Positions 1 to 10,384 of a stretch of 64,000 bases of DNA are shown one piece after another. Numbering within the stretch: position 1 is the stretch's first letter; every line of letters begins with the position of its first letter. This stretch comes from Candidatus Poribacteria bacterium. Its GTDB lineage: Bacteria > Poribacteria > WGA-4E > PCPOR2b. Under the pieces are notes generated by a model, which searched no databases, was not told the origin of the DNA, and was given only the letters and a program-made list of their open reading frames with translations. Made by a program: the position numbers and the translations under genes. The stretch spans positions 2,784,001-2,848,000 of the forward strand of contig OZ242351.1 in the NCBI GenBank assembly GCA_965208675.1, given 5' to 3'.

Positions 1-2
1 AC

Positions 3-293
3 AGCTTTCTTCGGTCAGACCCTGGCAGAACCAAACAACTTCAAGAGTTATATGAAGAATACAATAAAAGAGCAAGCAATCCGCCGACCGAAGACAAGCT
101 CCGGAATTCGCTGTTAGCTATTCCCGAACTCAGTCATTCGGTGAATAGCGCCATCGCTGCCGCTAAAATAATACGCGGCCACCACAGGCGCCTTGATATA
201 TCTATGGAAGATGCGATTTTCATGTACCTGACACAAGACTGTAATTGGGATGCGGAGAACGCACGGTCGATTCTAGAGCGAATCGAGTATTGA
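3..293 (+). CDS. 3' end of hypothetical protein (truncated by window edge)
   Basis: Frame +3 is open from the window edge to TGA at 291-293 (SFLRSDPGRTKQLQELYEEY...ARSILERIEY*). No family recognised. Confidence 0.55.
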   Translation, partial: SFLRSDPGRTKQLQELYEEYNKRASNPPTEDKLRNSLLAIPELSHSVNSAIAAAKIIRGHHRRLDISMEDAIFMYLTQDCNWDAENARSILERIEY

Positions 294-556
294 GCGCAAC
301 ACTGCAGAATTGCTTTCAAGAGCATCAAGCGGGTTCAATGATTGCTTTCTATAGTTGTGATATTCCACGCTTACGACGCAATAACGACGCAACCACATGA
401 TAACTCAGACGCTAGACTTATCATCCTACTTGTCACTCGATCATAAATCGTATCCAATGGTATAATTTCCGCCGACGGCGGCGCAGTTTGGTACGCCTTT
501 GACATTACAACAATGAACATTTGTATGCCGAAACCTACCTGAAAGGAAATTGAGCT

Positions 557-907
557 GTGAACGCCCCGACCACTGTTTATTGCATTACTGTGAAGTTGAC
601 CCCGGAACCAGAAGGCGGTTATACAGTAACATGTGAGGAATTGCCTGAGTTGATAACGGACGGGAATTCGGTAGATGAGGCGTTAAATAACGTCATAGAC
701 GCATTCATCGCAACACTCGAACTATATGAAGATTTAGGGCGTACATTGCCTGACAACATTATTCAAAAGTCCAAACAAGAACCTATAGTTCATCCGTTTC
801 AGACACTGACACCAAAATTAAACGGGGCTGATGGCTCGCCTGTACCATACGTCTTTCAAGCCACTCTAAATCGTGAGCGCCATGACATATCGAGAAATGT
901 CGCGTAA
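557..907 (+). CDS. hicB: HicB-family antitoxin
   Basis: PEPEGGYTVTCEELPELITDGNSVDEALNNVIDA matches the HicB N-terminal signature. AGGA RBS upstream, and it overlaps a hicA-like frame. Confidence 0.85.
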   Translation: MNAPTTVYCITVKLTPEPEGGYTVTCEELPELITDGNSVDEALNNVIDAFIATLELYEDLGRTLPDNIIQKSKQEPIVHPFQTLTPKLNGADGSPVPYVFQATLNRERHDISRNVA

Positions 908-1094
908 ACTCAAAAAACTCGGTTGTCGCGAAACGAAACACAGAACACGAGGCTCTCATCGAAAATGATTCAACCCCCTTACGGAAAGCGCGACAGTTAT
1001 TCCTGATCACGGAACTAACGATATGCCAATTGGAACACTTCGCGCAGGTATTAGGCAATTGGGGATAAATTGGACAGATTTCAAACGCACCTAG
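882..1094 (+). pseudogene. hicA: HicA-family mRNA interferase interrupted by in-frame TGA
   Basis: Translation MTYREMSRKLKKLGCRETKHRTRGSHRK*FNPLTESATVIPDHGTNDMPIGTLRAGIRQLGINWTDFKRT*. HicA motifs GSH, VIPDH and GTL are present, with TGA at 966-968 (codon 29). Confidence 0.85.
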
Positions 1095-1498
1095 TCCCTC
1101 CGCGAATCCAAACCTCCTAGCCCCTACGATTATTGGTTCGTCCTTAATTTTGAGCATCGCTAACAATCAAGGGTATCGGTATTCAGTCGCCATGCAATAC
1201 GACGAACCGAGTGAACGAATCATTCTAGGCAACGAATTGAACCCGCCGCGCTGCCGGGAAGGGCAATATCCCGAACAGAACGAAATCCTTGTGTTCCCAG
1301 CCGATGAAACAAACCCACCAGACGAACGCACTCCCCGAAAGCCGCCGTTCGCGTTGTTAAGACCTTCGTCCGATGAGTGACACCGCTTACAAAAAGGCGC
1401 CAGCGGTGCCATAGCTCACCACGCCATATTGAGGGTTTTGAAATTTCGTTCAAATTCGATTGTTACTTCTTCTTATTCTTATGGCAATGTGATTATTC

Positions 1499-2311
1499 TC
1501 ACGAATGACGGGTGTCGTGCGGATACACCAACGCATGCCGTTCGTGTAATTGAGCGAGGTGGCGCATACGCTGTGGACTCGCGGTATTGAGCATGAGTTC
1601 GGTGTACATGCCGCCAATCTTGAATCCGTGCGCGACGGGGCAGTGGCCGCGGACATATTCGTCAATACGCGCCATTTCGCTCTCGGTGGCTGCGTGCTTA
1701 TTCAAGTTCATTGTGAACATCCGCCGTTGGGTTGATCCGCCAAACGAAGCGTGGAGGATGTCGTGGTAAAAGACCACCAAATCTCCCGGATTCGTCGCCA
1801 ATGCGGCGGCACCAGGAATCTCGGATGGCGAAAATCCCCACAAATGCTGCGCATCTCTGGGATGGATTTCACCGGACCGCCATATGGAGTCGCGTCGGTG
1901 GCTGCCGGGAAGCACGCGAAGGCAGCCGGTGTCGCGTGTGAGCCGGTCTAGGTAGAAAACCATCTTGATCGCGAAGAGTTCAGGGTAGTTCCCGTCTGTG
2001 TGCCAATCCGTGTCGCCGCAATAATAGTTGCCGTCGCCCGAAGCATAGTTGAAGCCATCACCCAAAATGGCGGACGCGATACCCTCAATTCGGGCATCGT
2101 CGAGCAGCGTGCATAACCGTTCGCTGTGATCGATGGTCGGAACAATCATGGTCGGCTTCGATCCATCGTGCATCTTACCGCCGCCGCAGGTCTGCATAAC
2201 GTCCTCAAACTCATCGATAATCCAAGCGATCTCATCCGGACCAAAAAGTTCACGGAAAACCAGATAGCCGAAGGTGTGAAAGAAGTTGAGTTGATGTGTT
2301 GTGAGTTGCAT
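1499..2311 (-). CDS. Phytanoyl-CoA dioxygenase (PhyH) family Fe(II)/2OG dioxygenase
   Basis: LTTHQLNFFHTFGYLV N-terminus, H-x-D (WHTD), GCLRVLPGSH and a distal His (ILHAS). Start moved to ATG 2311 rather than the ORF-track 2578. Confidence 0.85.
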   Translation of the reverse strand: MQLTTHQLNFFHTFGYLVFRELFGPDEIAWIIDEFEDVMQTCGGGKMHDGSKPTMIVPTIDHSERLCTLLDDARIEGIASAILGDGFNYASGDGNYYCGDTDWHTDGNYPELFAIKMVFYLDRLTRDTGCLRVLPGSHRRDSIWRSGEIHPRDAQHLWGFSPSEIPGAAALATNPGDLVVFYHDILHASFGGSTQRRMFTMNLNKHAATESEMARIDEYVRGHCPVAHGFKIGGMYTELMLNTASPQRMRHLAQLHERHALVYPHDTRHS

Positions 2312-2630
2312 GGCAAAAACTCCGTGTATGTATTCAATACCCTTTAAAGTTTTGTCCTGTCCGAATCGAAACTGTGTTGCCGCGATGGTATGATTGAGTC
2401 GTCCTAAACTGTCATAATGATCCAATTCAGCGTGTGTGATTATATCACCTTTGTGGTGGATTTCCAAACCATACTTGACAGCGCTGATGAGGGATGCACG
2501 ACAAGTGCAATGTGATTTGGATGCGCGCTCTGACGAGGTAAAACAACTGTAGAAGTTTATGGTTGATGGAGATAGCATTCCTTTGGTAAAATTTCATGCA
2601 GTTTGAATGTCTATAAATTAAGAAAGCAAC

Positions 2631-4046
2631 ATGGCGAATAAATCTCTCAATCAACTCCTAACCGCGGTAACGGTCGTCATCGACTTCTGCCTCATCGGAA
2701 TTTCGATCCGCACCGCCTACTGGCTCAGGTTTGAGTCGGGCTGGTTGCAGGCAGTTGCCATCCACACGGGCGGAAATCCACCGCTCGCATTCTACTTTCA
2801 GCTCATCCCATTGAACGCGGCAATCTGGATATTGACACTTCGGGGATTAGGGCTTTATCGGGTCGAAAACGAGATTACGCTGGAAACTGGCCTAACGCTT
2901 CTGAAGGCTTCAGCCGTCGCGTTAATTTCCACACTTGGCGCCGTCTTTTTCTTCTATCACCACCACGAATTTTCTCGCTGGGTAATGCTTTTGGCGTGCG
3001 GGACGAGCGCGGTTTTTCTTTACTTGAATCGGCTCGCGGTGCAGCGGTTCAAGCAAACGCTGCAGCAGGCAGGTATTGGTGTAAGCCAAGTCGCCGTTGT
3101 CGGCTTTAACGCAACCACAAGGCAACTCATCCATTCTATCCGAGGAAAAGCCCGTAAAAGTTACCAATTACTCGGTGTTATAATCGGAAAGCAACTACCG
3201 CCTGAGCCAATTTCTCAGTATGTTCTTGGCGGCACAACCGAAGTGCGCAGCCTCGTCCAAAAGTATCAGATTAACGAACTGTTCATCACGTCACCGGCAA
3301 TTTCTCATGAAGAGATTTTACAGATTGTGCATGATTGCGAAGGGCTGCCCGTTCAGATTCGGGTTCTCCCGGACCTCTACGAAGTTATGATTGGGAAAAC
3401 GCATGTGGTGGATTTTGACGGGATTCCGGTTGTTCAGTTGAAAGAACTTCCACTACACGGCTGGTGCGGGCTGATTAAGCGGGGGTTGGACATCGCCTTA
3501 AGCACGTTTGCCTTGGTTATTTTGAGTCCGGTTATGGTTGCGATTGCGATTGCGGTGAAGTTAACATCTGCAGGTTCAGTCATTTTCCGCCAAGAACGGA
3601 TTAGCAGGGATGGGACAGCCTTTCGCATCTACAAATTCAGATCTATGCGCCAAGATGCGGAGGCGGGAATTGGACACACATGGGCTGCGCCGGACGATCC
3701 ACGGCAAACGCGGCTCGGGCGATTCTTGAGGCGTTGGGGTTTAGACGAACTTCCGCAACTTGTCAATGTAGTCAAGGGGGATATGAGTCTAGTGGGACCC
3801 CGGCCGGAGATGTCAGGGCTGATTGATGATTTTAGCAAATCTTTCCCTCACTACTTGGATCGGCATCGGGTGAAATGCGGTTTAACGGGTTGGGCGCAAG
3901 TCAATGGTCTGCGCGGAAACACCTCACTCGAAGAGCGGCTCCGTTACGATTTATTCTACATTGAAAACTGGTCGCTCGGCTTTGACATCAAAATCCTGCT
4001 CAAGACTTTGTGGGCGATCAAAAAGGGCGGTTCATTTCAGAAGTAA
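2631..4046 (+). CDS. Undecaprenyl-phosphate sugar phosphotransferase (WcaJ/WbaP family)
   Basis: N-terminal TM helices, KFRSM, DELPQL, GDMSLVGPRPE, GLTGWAQVNG and YIENWS motifs. Confidence 0.92.
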   Translation: MANKSLNQLLTAVTVVIDFCLIGISIRTAYWLRFESGWLQAVAIHTGGNPPLAFYFQLIPLNAAIWILTLRGLGLYRVENEITLETGLTLLKASAVALISTLGAVFFFYHHHEFSRWVMLLACGTSAVFLYLNRLAVQRFKQTLQQAGIGVSQVAVVGFNATTRQLIHSIRGKARKSYQLLGVIIGKQLPPEPISQYVLGGTTEVRSLVQKYQINELFITSPAISHEEILQIVHDCEGLPVQIRVLPDLYEVMIGKTHVVDFDGIPVVQLKELPLHGWCGLIKRGLDIALSTFALVILSPVMVAIAIAVKLTSAGSVIFRQERISRDGTAFRIYKFRSMRQDAEAGIGHTWAAPDDPRQTRLGRFLRRWGLDELPQLVNVVKGDMSLVGPRPEMSGLIDDFSKSFPHYLDRHRVKCGLTGWAQVNGLRGNTSLEERLRYDLFYIENWSLGFDIKILLKTLWAIKKGGSFQK

Positions 4047-4125
4047 GGGGGCCAGATTTGAAAGGATTTGGCAACCTGCCGAATTATAGCCATTTTGGAT
4101 TTTATTTACACAAGGGGTGATTGAT

Positions 4126-4152
4126 AATCGAGGCTAGGAAGCCTCGCCCACA
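4126..4152. repeat. Half REP-like element
   Basis: TAATCGAGGCTAGGAAGCCTCGCCCACA resembles the right halves of the 55-bp elements at 33472 and 39195. Confidence 0.5.
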
Positions 4153-4238
4153 AACCGATGGTAAATGGCCGCAATGGCTATAAGGTGTAGATATGCTATT
4201 TCTTACCATGAGACTAGATTGAGGGGAAAGATTCTCCC

Positions 4239-5885
4239 ATGCGTACGCTCCTCTCCAAAAAATGGCTTCTTCTCAGTTTGATTGGCGCGCTCCTCGTCCT
4301 GCTAGTCGCGCTAGTATTATTGTATCGGTCGATTTCCCTCCGGGAGCCGGATCGGAGTCTGCTCACCCTGCTTCCTGACGCACCAATCTGTTATCTAAGT
4401 GTAAAAGATCTCGGCGGATTTGTTGAAACCTTTGGGCGCAGCGAGTTTGGAAAACAGACAATGAAGATGCCGCTCCTTACAGAAATCCAACGAGAATCGT
4501 GGTGGCGCCAAATTGTGTATCAGAAACAACACTGGGAGTATGAAATGGGCGGGGAGTTAAATCTAAAGGCACTTAAAGGCTACTTTGGAGAAGAAGCGAT
4601 TTTGAGCCTTTACCATCGCGGAGACGAAATTTCTTTCCTGTTGATTAGTATTGTTGGCGCGAAAGAGAAATTAGAGATTGCGGCACTCACAGCCACAGAT
4701 TTTGTCAACCCAAAATACAAGCGGAAAAAGGAGAATTACAGGGGAATTGATATCAACACAATTACCGGCTATCCGCGAGATTTCAGCTACGCCTTTATCG
4801 GCAAGATAGGTCTGTTGGGACTCGACAAATCATTAATTCAGGAGACAATTGATATGCATTCAGATGCGAGGCAGGATTTCATCAGCCTCGATCCTACCCG
4901 GGAATACATGCGCCAACGGTATGACTCGGACAGTAACACAATGTATATCAATGTTTCCAGATTTACTCAAGCCTTCGCGTTGAACGGCGGCCTCAAGTCA
5001 TTATTGGCACCTGTCAACGCGTGGAGCGTCGGTAATCGCTATGAAAATGGTGTTATTCACTCTCGACATCGGTTAACATGGGACGCAACTCCGAAAATCA
5101 TGCCGAATGATTCGCGTCCAATCAATCAAAGCCTATTATCCATACTCCCGGCAACCACGGCATTTCTTTGCGCAAGCAGAGACGAAGATTTTTTAGCGTT
5201 GGGGACGCCGATGGAAAACGCCCAATTCATCCAATTTCAAGGGAACCGTATTGAACTCTTTCGCCATTTAAACTCGCAGTTTGCGTTTTTGCTGCTTGAT
5301 GCCCAAGGCACAAACCCGATGGCAATACCGCCAGCACTGCTCATTCTCACCATCCGCGATGACTCTAATTTTAGAGCGGATTTTGCGGAGCTGCGGAACG
5401 CAAAGGTCTCCATTTTCGGTAAACCGCTCCAATTTCTAAAACCTCAAGATTATCACGGAACAGAGATTTACCCCGTCCAACTTCGTTTCGGGTTCTTGTT
5501 CTCCGTAACAGGCGGCTGTGCAATTGTCGATAATTATTGGATTATCAGTTCTACGCTCGATGGATTGAAAACCGCCATTGATACTTCTGAGGGACGAATC
5601 GCGGCGTTGCCTGAAACAGGATTCTCAACTTCAACTCATCAATCCGCTGAAAGTCAAATCTTTATTCAACCCAACCGATTCTTTCCTCAACTAAAACGCC
5701 TCACCTCAATACTCGGGTTGATTGCATCCACTTCCGGTCAAGGCGATGGTTCAGCGTTGATGACTCGCATTACAAATAATCTCTTCCCATTGGAAGCGCT
5801 TGGCGCAATCAACGCTGAGATAGATTTTGACAGCGGAGCTGTTGATGCACAAATTCGGATTGTATTGGAGCCTACGGAAGGTTGA
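4239..5885 (+). CDS. Hypothetical membrane-anchored periplasmic protein (DUF3352-like architecture)
   Basis: 548-aa ORF with an N-terminal hydrophobic anchor and two LLP.. / Y.G..I-type halves. Family call is tentative. Confidence 0.65.
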   Translation: MRTLLSKKWLLLSLIGALLVLLVALVLLYRSISLREPDRSLLTLLPDAPICYLSVKDLGGFVETFGRSEFGKQTMKMPLLTEIQRESWWRQIVYQKQHWEYEMGGELNLKALKGYFGEEAILSLYHRGDEISFLLISIVGAKEKLEIAALTATDFVNPKYKRKKENYRGIDINTITGYPRDFSYAFIGKIGLLGLDKSLIQETIDMHSDARQDFISLDPTREYMRQRYDSDSNTMYINVSRFTQAFALNGGLKSLLAPVNAWSVGNRYENGVIHSRHRLTWDATPKIMPNDSRPINQSLLSILPATTAFLCASRDEDFLALGTPMENAQFIQFQGNRIELFRHLNSQFAFLLLDAQGTNPMAIPPALLILTIRDDSNFRADFAELRNAKVSIFGKPLQFLKPQDYHGTEIYPVQLRFGFLFSVTGGCAIVDNYWIISSTLDGLKTAIDTSEGRIAALPETGFSTSTHQSAESQIFIQPNRFFPQLKRLTSILGLIASTSGQGDGSALMTRITNNLFPLEALGAINAEIDFDSGAVDAQIRIVLEPTEG

Positions 5886-5930
5886 ACGCGGGGGGCGAAA
5901 ATTAAATTCGCCGCGCCACAAACATTTCAG

Positions 5931-5960
5931 TTGACAAGGGTAAGTCGGTTGGGTTATGAT
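5931..5960 (+). promoter_or_regulatory. sigma70-type promoter
   Basis: TTGACA-18bp-TATGAT about 40 bp before ATG 6000. Confidence 0.55.
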
Positions 5961-5999
5961 TTTGTGGTGAGCAGATATAAAACATTGGGTGATTGTCGA

Positions 6000-6464
6000 A
6001 TGAAAAAGTATAATTTTCAGATTAGGTTCTTTTTGGTCGTGGTTCTAGGCAGCACGGTTCTCGGCGGGTGCGATAGTTCTCCATCGGGCGGAAGTGGATC
6101 GTTGGATCTTCTCCAAGGTGAACCTGCGATTCTAGAGGCTGTCCTCGCGGTAGATCTCATTGACGATCGGCCGGTAGGAATCACCGATACCTTTTTCGGG
6201 TCAAGCGACCGCATCTACTTATGGATGTATTGGGCGGCCGTAGAAGGGCGGCATACCGCTGAAGTCAGCTGGTATTCACCAGCACAAGACGTGGACGATC
6301 CACCATTTCGAGATGACGCTGAATCCTTTACCTCATCAACCGGCGATCAGATTACATGGTTTTTTATCGACCGTCCCTCTGGCGGATTTACCGACGGCGA
6401 ATGGTCAGTTGACATCTTTTTAGACGGACTGTTCGAGCGGAGCATTTTTTTCGCCGTGGAGTGA
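6000..6464 (+). CDS. Hypothetical lipoprotein (Ig-like beta-rich domain)
   Basis: MKKYNF... signal with lipobox-like LGGC. The promoter position supports ATG 6000. Confidence 0.7.
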   Translation: MKKYNFQIRFFLVVVLGSTVLGGCDSSPSGGSGSLDLLQGEPAILEAVLAVDLIDDRPVGITDTFFGSSDRIYLWMYWAAVEGRHTAEVSWYSPAQDVDDPPFRDDAESFTSSTGDQITWFFIDRPSGGFTDGEWSVDIFLDGLFERSIFFAVE

Positions 6465-6527
6465 TGCAGTACATAGTTCCTGTTGTGCTTCGTCGCCTTC
6501 CCATCCACGTTTCCCGCAATTTTACCT

Positions 6528-7430
6528 TTACACCAAATCCTTTCCAACAATCATGCGGTACACGTCCAGATATTTTTCGCTGGTTTTCTCGACTACTTCT
6601 TCCGGCAGTTCAGGGACAGGCGGCTGTTTATTCCATCCAATCTCATTGAGATAGTCGCGCACGTACTGTTTATCGAAGCTGCGCTGCGACCTGCCCGGTT
6701 CATATTCGTCTTTTGGCCAAAACCGAGATGAATCCGGAGTAAAGACTTCGTCAATGAGGATAAGTTTCTCGCCGAGCAGACCAAACTCGAATTTCGTGTC
6801 ACAAAGTATCAGCCCGACTTCTTCTGCCCGCTCGCTTGCCGCTTCAAACAACGCAACGCTTGTCTGCATTACGCGCTCCGCCAAGTCCTTTCCAATGATA
6901 CCTTCCATCTGAGCAATTGAAATGTTCTCGTCGTGCTCCCCGTATTCAGCCTTTGTGGCGGGTGTAAAGATTAGTTCGGACAAGCGGTCAGATTCCTGCA
7001 ACCCTTCCGGAAGCCTTGCCCCGCACACAGTCCCATCTTTTTTGTATTCCGCCCAGGCAGAACCGGCGATATATCCGCGTACCACGCATTCGACATCTAT
7101 CCGATTCGCTTTATGGACAAGCATGGAACGGCCTTCGACAGAGTCAGCATTGTGCCGAACATTATCTGGGTACGCTGCCACATCCGTCGTAATAAGATGA
7201 TTTTCGACAATGGAACTTGTGAAATCAAACCAGAATTCGGAAAGCGCGGTTAAGACGCGTCCCTTGTATGGGATGCCGTTAGGCAGTACGTAATCAAACG
7301 CCGATATCCGGTCGGTAGAGATAATTAACAGCCGATCGTCCAGATCGTAGAGATCGCGAACCTTGCCCCTATGAAGCAGCTTTAGGTCTGCGAGATTTGT
7401 TTCTGCAACAACATTTTTAGACATAAGCAA
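6528..7430 (-). CDS. purC: SAICAR synthetase
   Basis: GKVRDLY, TDRISAFD, ECVVRGY, DTKFEFG, DEVFTPDSSRFW and SFDKQYVRD motifs. Confidence 0.97.
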   Translation of the reverse strand: MLMSKNVVAETNLADLKLLHRGKVRDLYDLDDRLLIISTDRISAFDYVLPNGIPYKGRVLTALSEFWFDFTSSIVENHLITTDVAAYPDNVRHNADSVEGRSMLVHKANRIDVECVVRGYIAGSAWAEYKKDGTVCGARLPEGLQESDRLSELIFTPATKAEYGEHDENISIAQMEGIIGKDLAERVMQTSVALFEAASERAEEVGLILCDTKFEFGLLGEKLILIDEVFTPDSSRFWPKDEYEPGRSQRSFDKQYVRDYLNEIGWNKQPPVPELPEEVVEKTSEKYLDVYRMIVGKDLV

Positions 7431-7521
7431 CTCCCAAATTCTATCTGTGATGGGTAGCAGTTCCGTTCGTGGAGGAGGTTTGGGTCATTTGAGGGAATTT
7501 GACTAGGAGACTAGCAGGAGG

Positions 7522-8589
7522 TTAGTTAAGAATCTCATAGAAAAAATTCCGCCGTTTTGGGGTGAATCCGAAGTCGGAAATTGTCCGCTCGATTTCTTCG
7601 ATTGGCATGCAGTAAACCGTTCCCGCTTTACTCACAACATTCTCCTCTATCATGGTGCCGCCCATGTCATTCGCGCCGAATCTGAGGGACAACTGACCAA
7701 TTTTTGGCCCCTGAGTTACCCATGAAGACTGGAAGTTGTCAAAATTGTCAAGCATCAGGCGGGATATTGCTAATGTTTTAAGATACTCAAAACTTCCAGC
7801 GGGCGGCATGTGTTCGAGGCGGGTGTTATTGGGTTGTAGCGACCAACAAATGAAAGCGGTGAATCCGCCGGTCTCGTCTTGCAACTCGCGCAAACGGAGG
7901 AGATGTTCTACGCGCTCCGCATAACTTTCGGCATGTCCGTACATCATCGTGGCGCTTGATTTAAGCCCTACATAGTGCCCTTGCCGCATCACTTCCAACC
8001 ACTCGTCCGCAGTGCATTTTTTCGGACTAATCTCGTTTCTGGCATGGTCGGTCAAAATCTCTGCGCCCCCGCCCGGAATTGAATCCAATCCAGCATCGCG
8101 CAATCGAATTAACGTCTCTTTCAGCGTAAGCCTGTTAATCTTAGCAAACCAGTCAATTTCCGGCGGTGAGAAACCGTGAATGTGGATGTCATAATTTGCC
8201 TTAATCCACTGGAGGTAATCTTCGTACCAGTCGAGCTTCAGTTTGGGGTGTAATCCGCCTTGCATCAGGATGAGAACGCCGCCGAGATCGATTGTCTCTT
8301 GAATCTTACTGCCTAACTCTGCTTTGGACATCACATATGCGTCAGGATCGCTTTTATGGCGATAGAAACCGCAAAATTCGCAGTCGACATAGCACCAGTT
8401 AGTGTAGTTGATATTGCGATCTACAATATAGGTGATACGTCCCTCCGGGTGATTCCGCTGGCGGATGGTGTCGGCTGCACTGCCAATCGACAACAAATCG
8501 AAACTCTTAAAAAGCGTTAAACCGTCGTCAAAATCCAATCGTTCCGCGGCTAATGCTTTTTCCAATATCGGCTGAATGGTCTCATCCAT
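7522..8589 (-). CDS. mqnC: Cyclic dehypoxanthine futalosine synthase (radical SAM)
   Basis: DRNINYTN-CxxxCxxC, QGGLHP, SIPGGGAEIL, SSWVTQG and GANDMGGTMIEENVV motifs. Start probably ATG 8589. Confidence 0.9.
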   Translation of the reverse strand: MDETIQPILEKALAAERLDFDDGLTLFKSFDLLSIGSAADTIRQRNHPEGRITYIVDRNINYTNWCYVDCEFCGFYRHKSDPDAYVMSKAELGSKIQETIDLGGVLILMQGGLHPKLKLDWYEDYLQWIKANYDIHIHGFSPPEIDWFAKINRLTLKETLIRLRDAGLDSIPGGGAEILTDHARNEISPKKCTADEWLEVMRQGHYVGLKSSATMMYGHAESYAERVEHLLRLRELQDETGGFTAFICWSLQPNNTRLEHMPPAGSFEYLKTLAISRLMLDNFDNFQSSWVTQGPKIGQLSLRFGANDMGGTMIEENVVSKAGTVYCMPIEEIERTISDFGFTPKRRNFFYEILN

Positions 8590-8791
8590 AAGGATTACTG
8601 GTTCCTTCGTTGCATTGATAGCATTTTGCATCCATAGGAATTTCACGGGCATTGATTAATGATTCGAAACCGCTTCGCTGCCAACCTGTGTTTCCAGCTT
8701 AGTATTGTATCACTTCTATCAAGCCTCGTCAACCCAAGTTATCAACGTAGTGATCCATTCGTGCTTCAACGACTGGAACATCCCATTTCTC

Positions 8792-9388
8792 TCAGAATTC
8801 CAGTAGACGTTCAATTGACAAGGCAGCCGTGTTTTGGGGGTCAACCTGAATGGCGGCTTCCACTGCCCCTTTCGCAAGCTCCTTCTCTCCCAGATAGAAA
8901 TAACATGCGCCTCTCAGCGCGTGTAAGTCTGCGATCGACTGATAATCGTGTCGAAAGAGAGTGGCGTGATCGGCTTTCAGCGCATTATCTATGGCGAGCA
9001 GCGCGGTTTGAAAGTCCGTGGGGTTTTCGCGCCGGAGAAAAAGCGTGTTTGCTAACCCGATCCACGCATCGGCATTTGACACGTCTAGACGTATAGCTTC
9101 CTCGAAAGCATCCTGTGCCTTTGCGACAATCTGAGGATTCACTGAAGAAGTCCGTGATGCGCTCAGGTGGCTCCAGCCCAAGCCGTTGCGCGCATCCGGC
9201 AGGGTCTCATCCAGATTGACTGCACGCTCAAAACTCAAAAGTGCAGCGGAAAAATCGCCGTCATTGTAGGCAGTCCAGCCGGCAACCTGGTTTTTTCGGG
9301 CTGCCTCCGTATCAATTTCCTGATCGTTAGAACAGCCCAACAGTACAACAAGTGAAAAACACAGGCTAACAGCGATGAAACGGTTCAT
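8792..9388 (-). CDS. TPR-repeat lipoprotein
   Basis: Lipobox LLGC followed by TPR-like helices (ARNGLGW, AWIGLA). Confidence 0.8.
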   Translation of the reverse strand: MNRFIAVSLCFSLVVLLGCSNDQEIDTEAARKNQVAGWTAYNDGDFSAALLSFERAVNLDETLPDARNGLGWSHLSASRTSSVNPQIVAKAQDAFEEAIRLDVSNADAWIGLANTLFLRRENPTDFQTALLAIDNALKADHATLFRHDYQSIADLHALRGACYFYLGEKELAKGAVEAAIQVDPQNTAALSIERLLEF

Positions 9389-9462
9389 TCGATGCAGACT
9401 CCTTTAGGACGCTTCTGCACTACCTCAATAACAAACCCTTATGTTTCCCGACAGTAGAGTTT

Positions 9463-10056
9463 TCAAGCAATCGCACGTTGATAAGAGAAATCGAGTAGAA
9501 GCCTAATCTCTTTGACTTGTGCGGCTCTTAGGAACTCCACCACGTTCTCATCGGACGTGCCCGCTGCATCCTGGCACCAATCGACAAACTGAAACGCGTC
9601 CCAGTCCGTCTTCTGCTGTATGGCTGACGCATAATCCGCGAGTCCAGACGCGTGGTTGGATCGCTCTTCTATCAACGCTAGCACCTGTTCTCGAAGCGCC
9701 GGAAAAATGGCGTGCGCGCCTGCACGGCGGAACCAGTATTTGGCGTTGCTATAGTCAGGCTCGCGGCGATGCATGATACCGTGCCAATAGCTGCCGGTTT
9801 GACCCTCGATTTTCTGAGAGATTTTGTGCGATACGTCCAAGGCATCGTTCCAAAGCAGCAACCCACTCTTCACTGAAGCGCCGAAAGTATCATCTTTAAC
9901 CGCTTGGCCGTCAAAGAGTATATCTACGGAGACTCCCTGAATTCGATTCGTTAGATCACTATTCCAATCGTTCTGTGGCACAAGCGGCGGGAGCGGACGA
10001 CGCGCGTCGAGCTCTTGGACAATCGCTGCAATTGTCGATGAATACTCTGAACCCAT
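9463..10056 (-). CDS. Conserved hypothetical protein
   Basis: SH.ISQ and YWHGIMHRREPDYSNAKYWF form a conserved-looking motif. GAAGGAG RBS upstream. Confidence 0.75.
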   Translation of the reverse strand: MGSEYSSTIAAIVQELDARRPLPPLVPQNDWNSDLTNRIQGVSVDILFDGQAVKDDTFGASVKSGLLLWNDALDVSHKISQKIEGQTGSYWHGIMHRREPDYSNAKYWFRRAGAHAIFPALREQVLALIEERSNHASGLADYASAIQQKTDWDAFQFVDWCQDAAGTSDENVVEFLRAAQVKEIRLLLDFSYQRAIA

Positions 10057-10384
10057 TGTGTTCTCCTTCAGTTATTCGAGCGTGGCATTTGTGTAAGACT
10101 TGAGATTTAGCTAAATTATAACCCGCGGCAACTAGCAGAGCAAGTCAAAGTCGTACAAGCCGCAAATGTTCGGGGTGGCTGTGAACCTCCCAATATTCAT
10201 AGACCGCCGTTTGTGCGGGCGCAGTATAAACCGCCCTCCATGCAAATCCGTCAAATTTGGTGCGGCGGCGACTGGGAAGGTTATATTTTGAGATTAATGC
10301 GTCACCTTAAAACACGCCAATTCGATCCGGAATCGTCTAAAATAATTTTGTATCGTTCATATCTGTAACGAGTTCTATCCTAAC

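Noticed and set aside
966-968. TGA recoding (Trp or Sec) as a genome-wide code change
   Set aside because: Many intact genes here end in TGA and no other gene shows in-frame TGA. The position is not a Cys/Sec-type site.
1150-1453. Short overlapping ORFs between hicA and the PhyH gene
   Set aside because: Three frames conflict, none has a recognisable motif or clear RBS, and I cannot support any of them.
10270-10282. Cobalamin riboswitch (ACTGGGAAGG)
   Set aside because: The other core elements (AGGGAA, GCCCCCGCAACTGT, AGCCAG) are not evident and the downstream gene is not B12-related.
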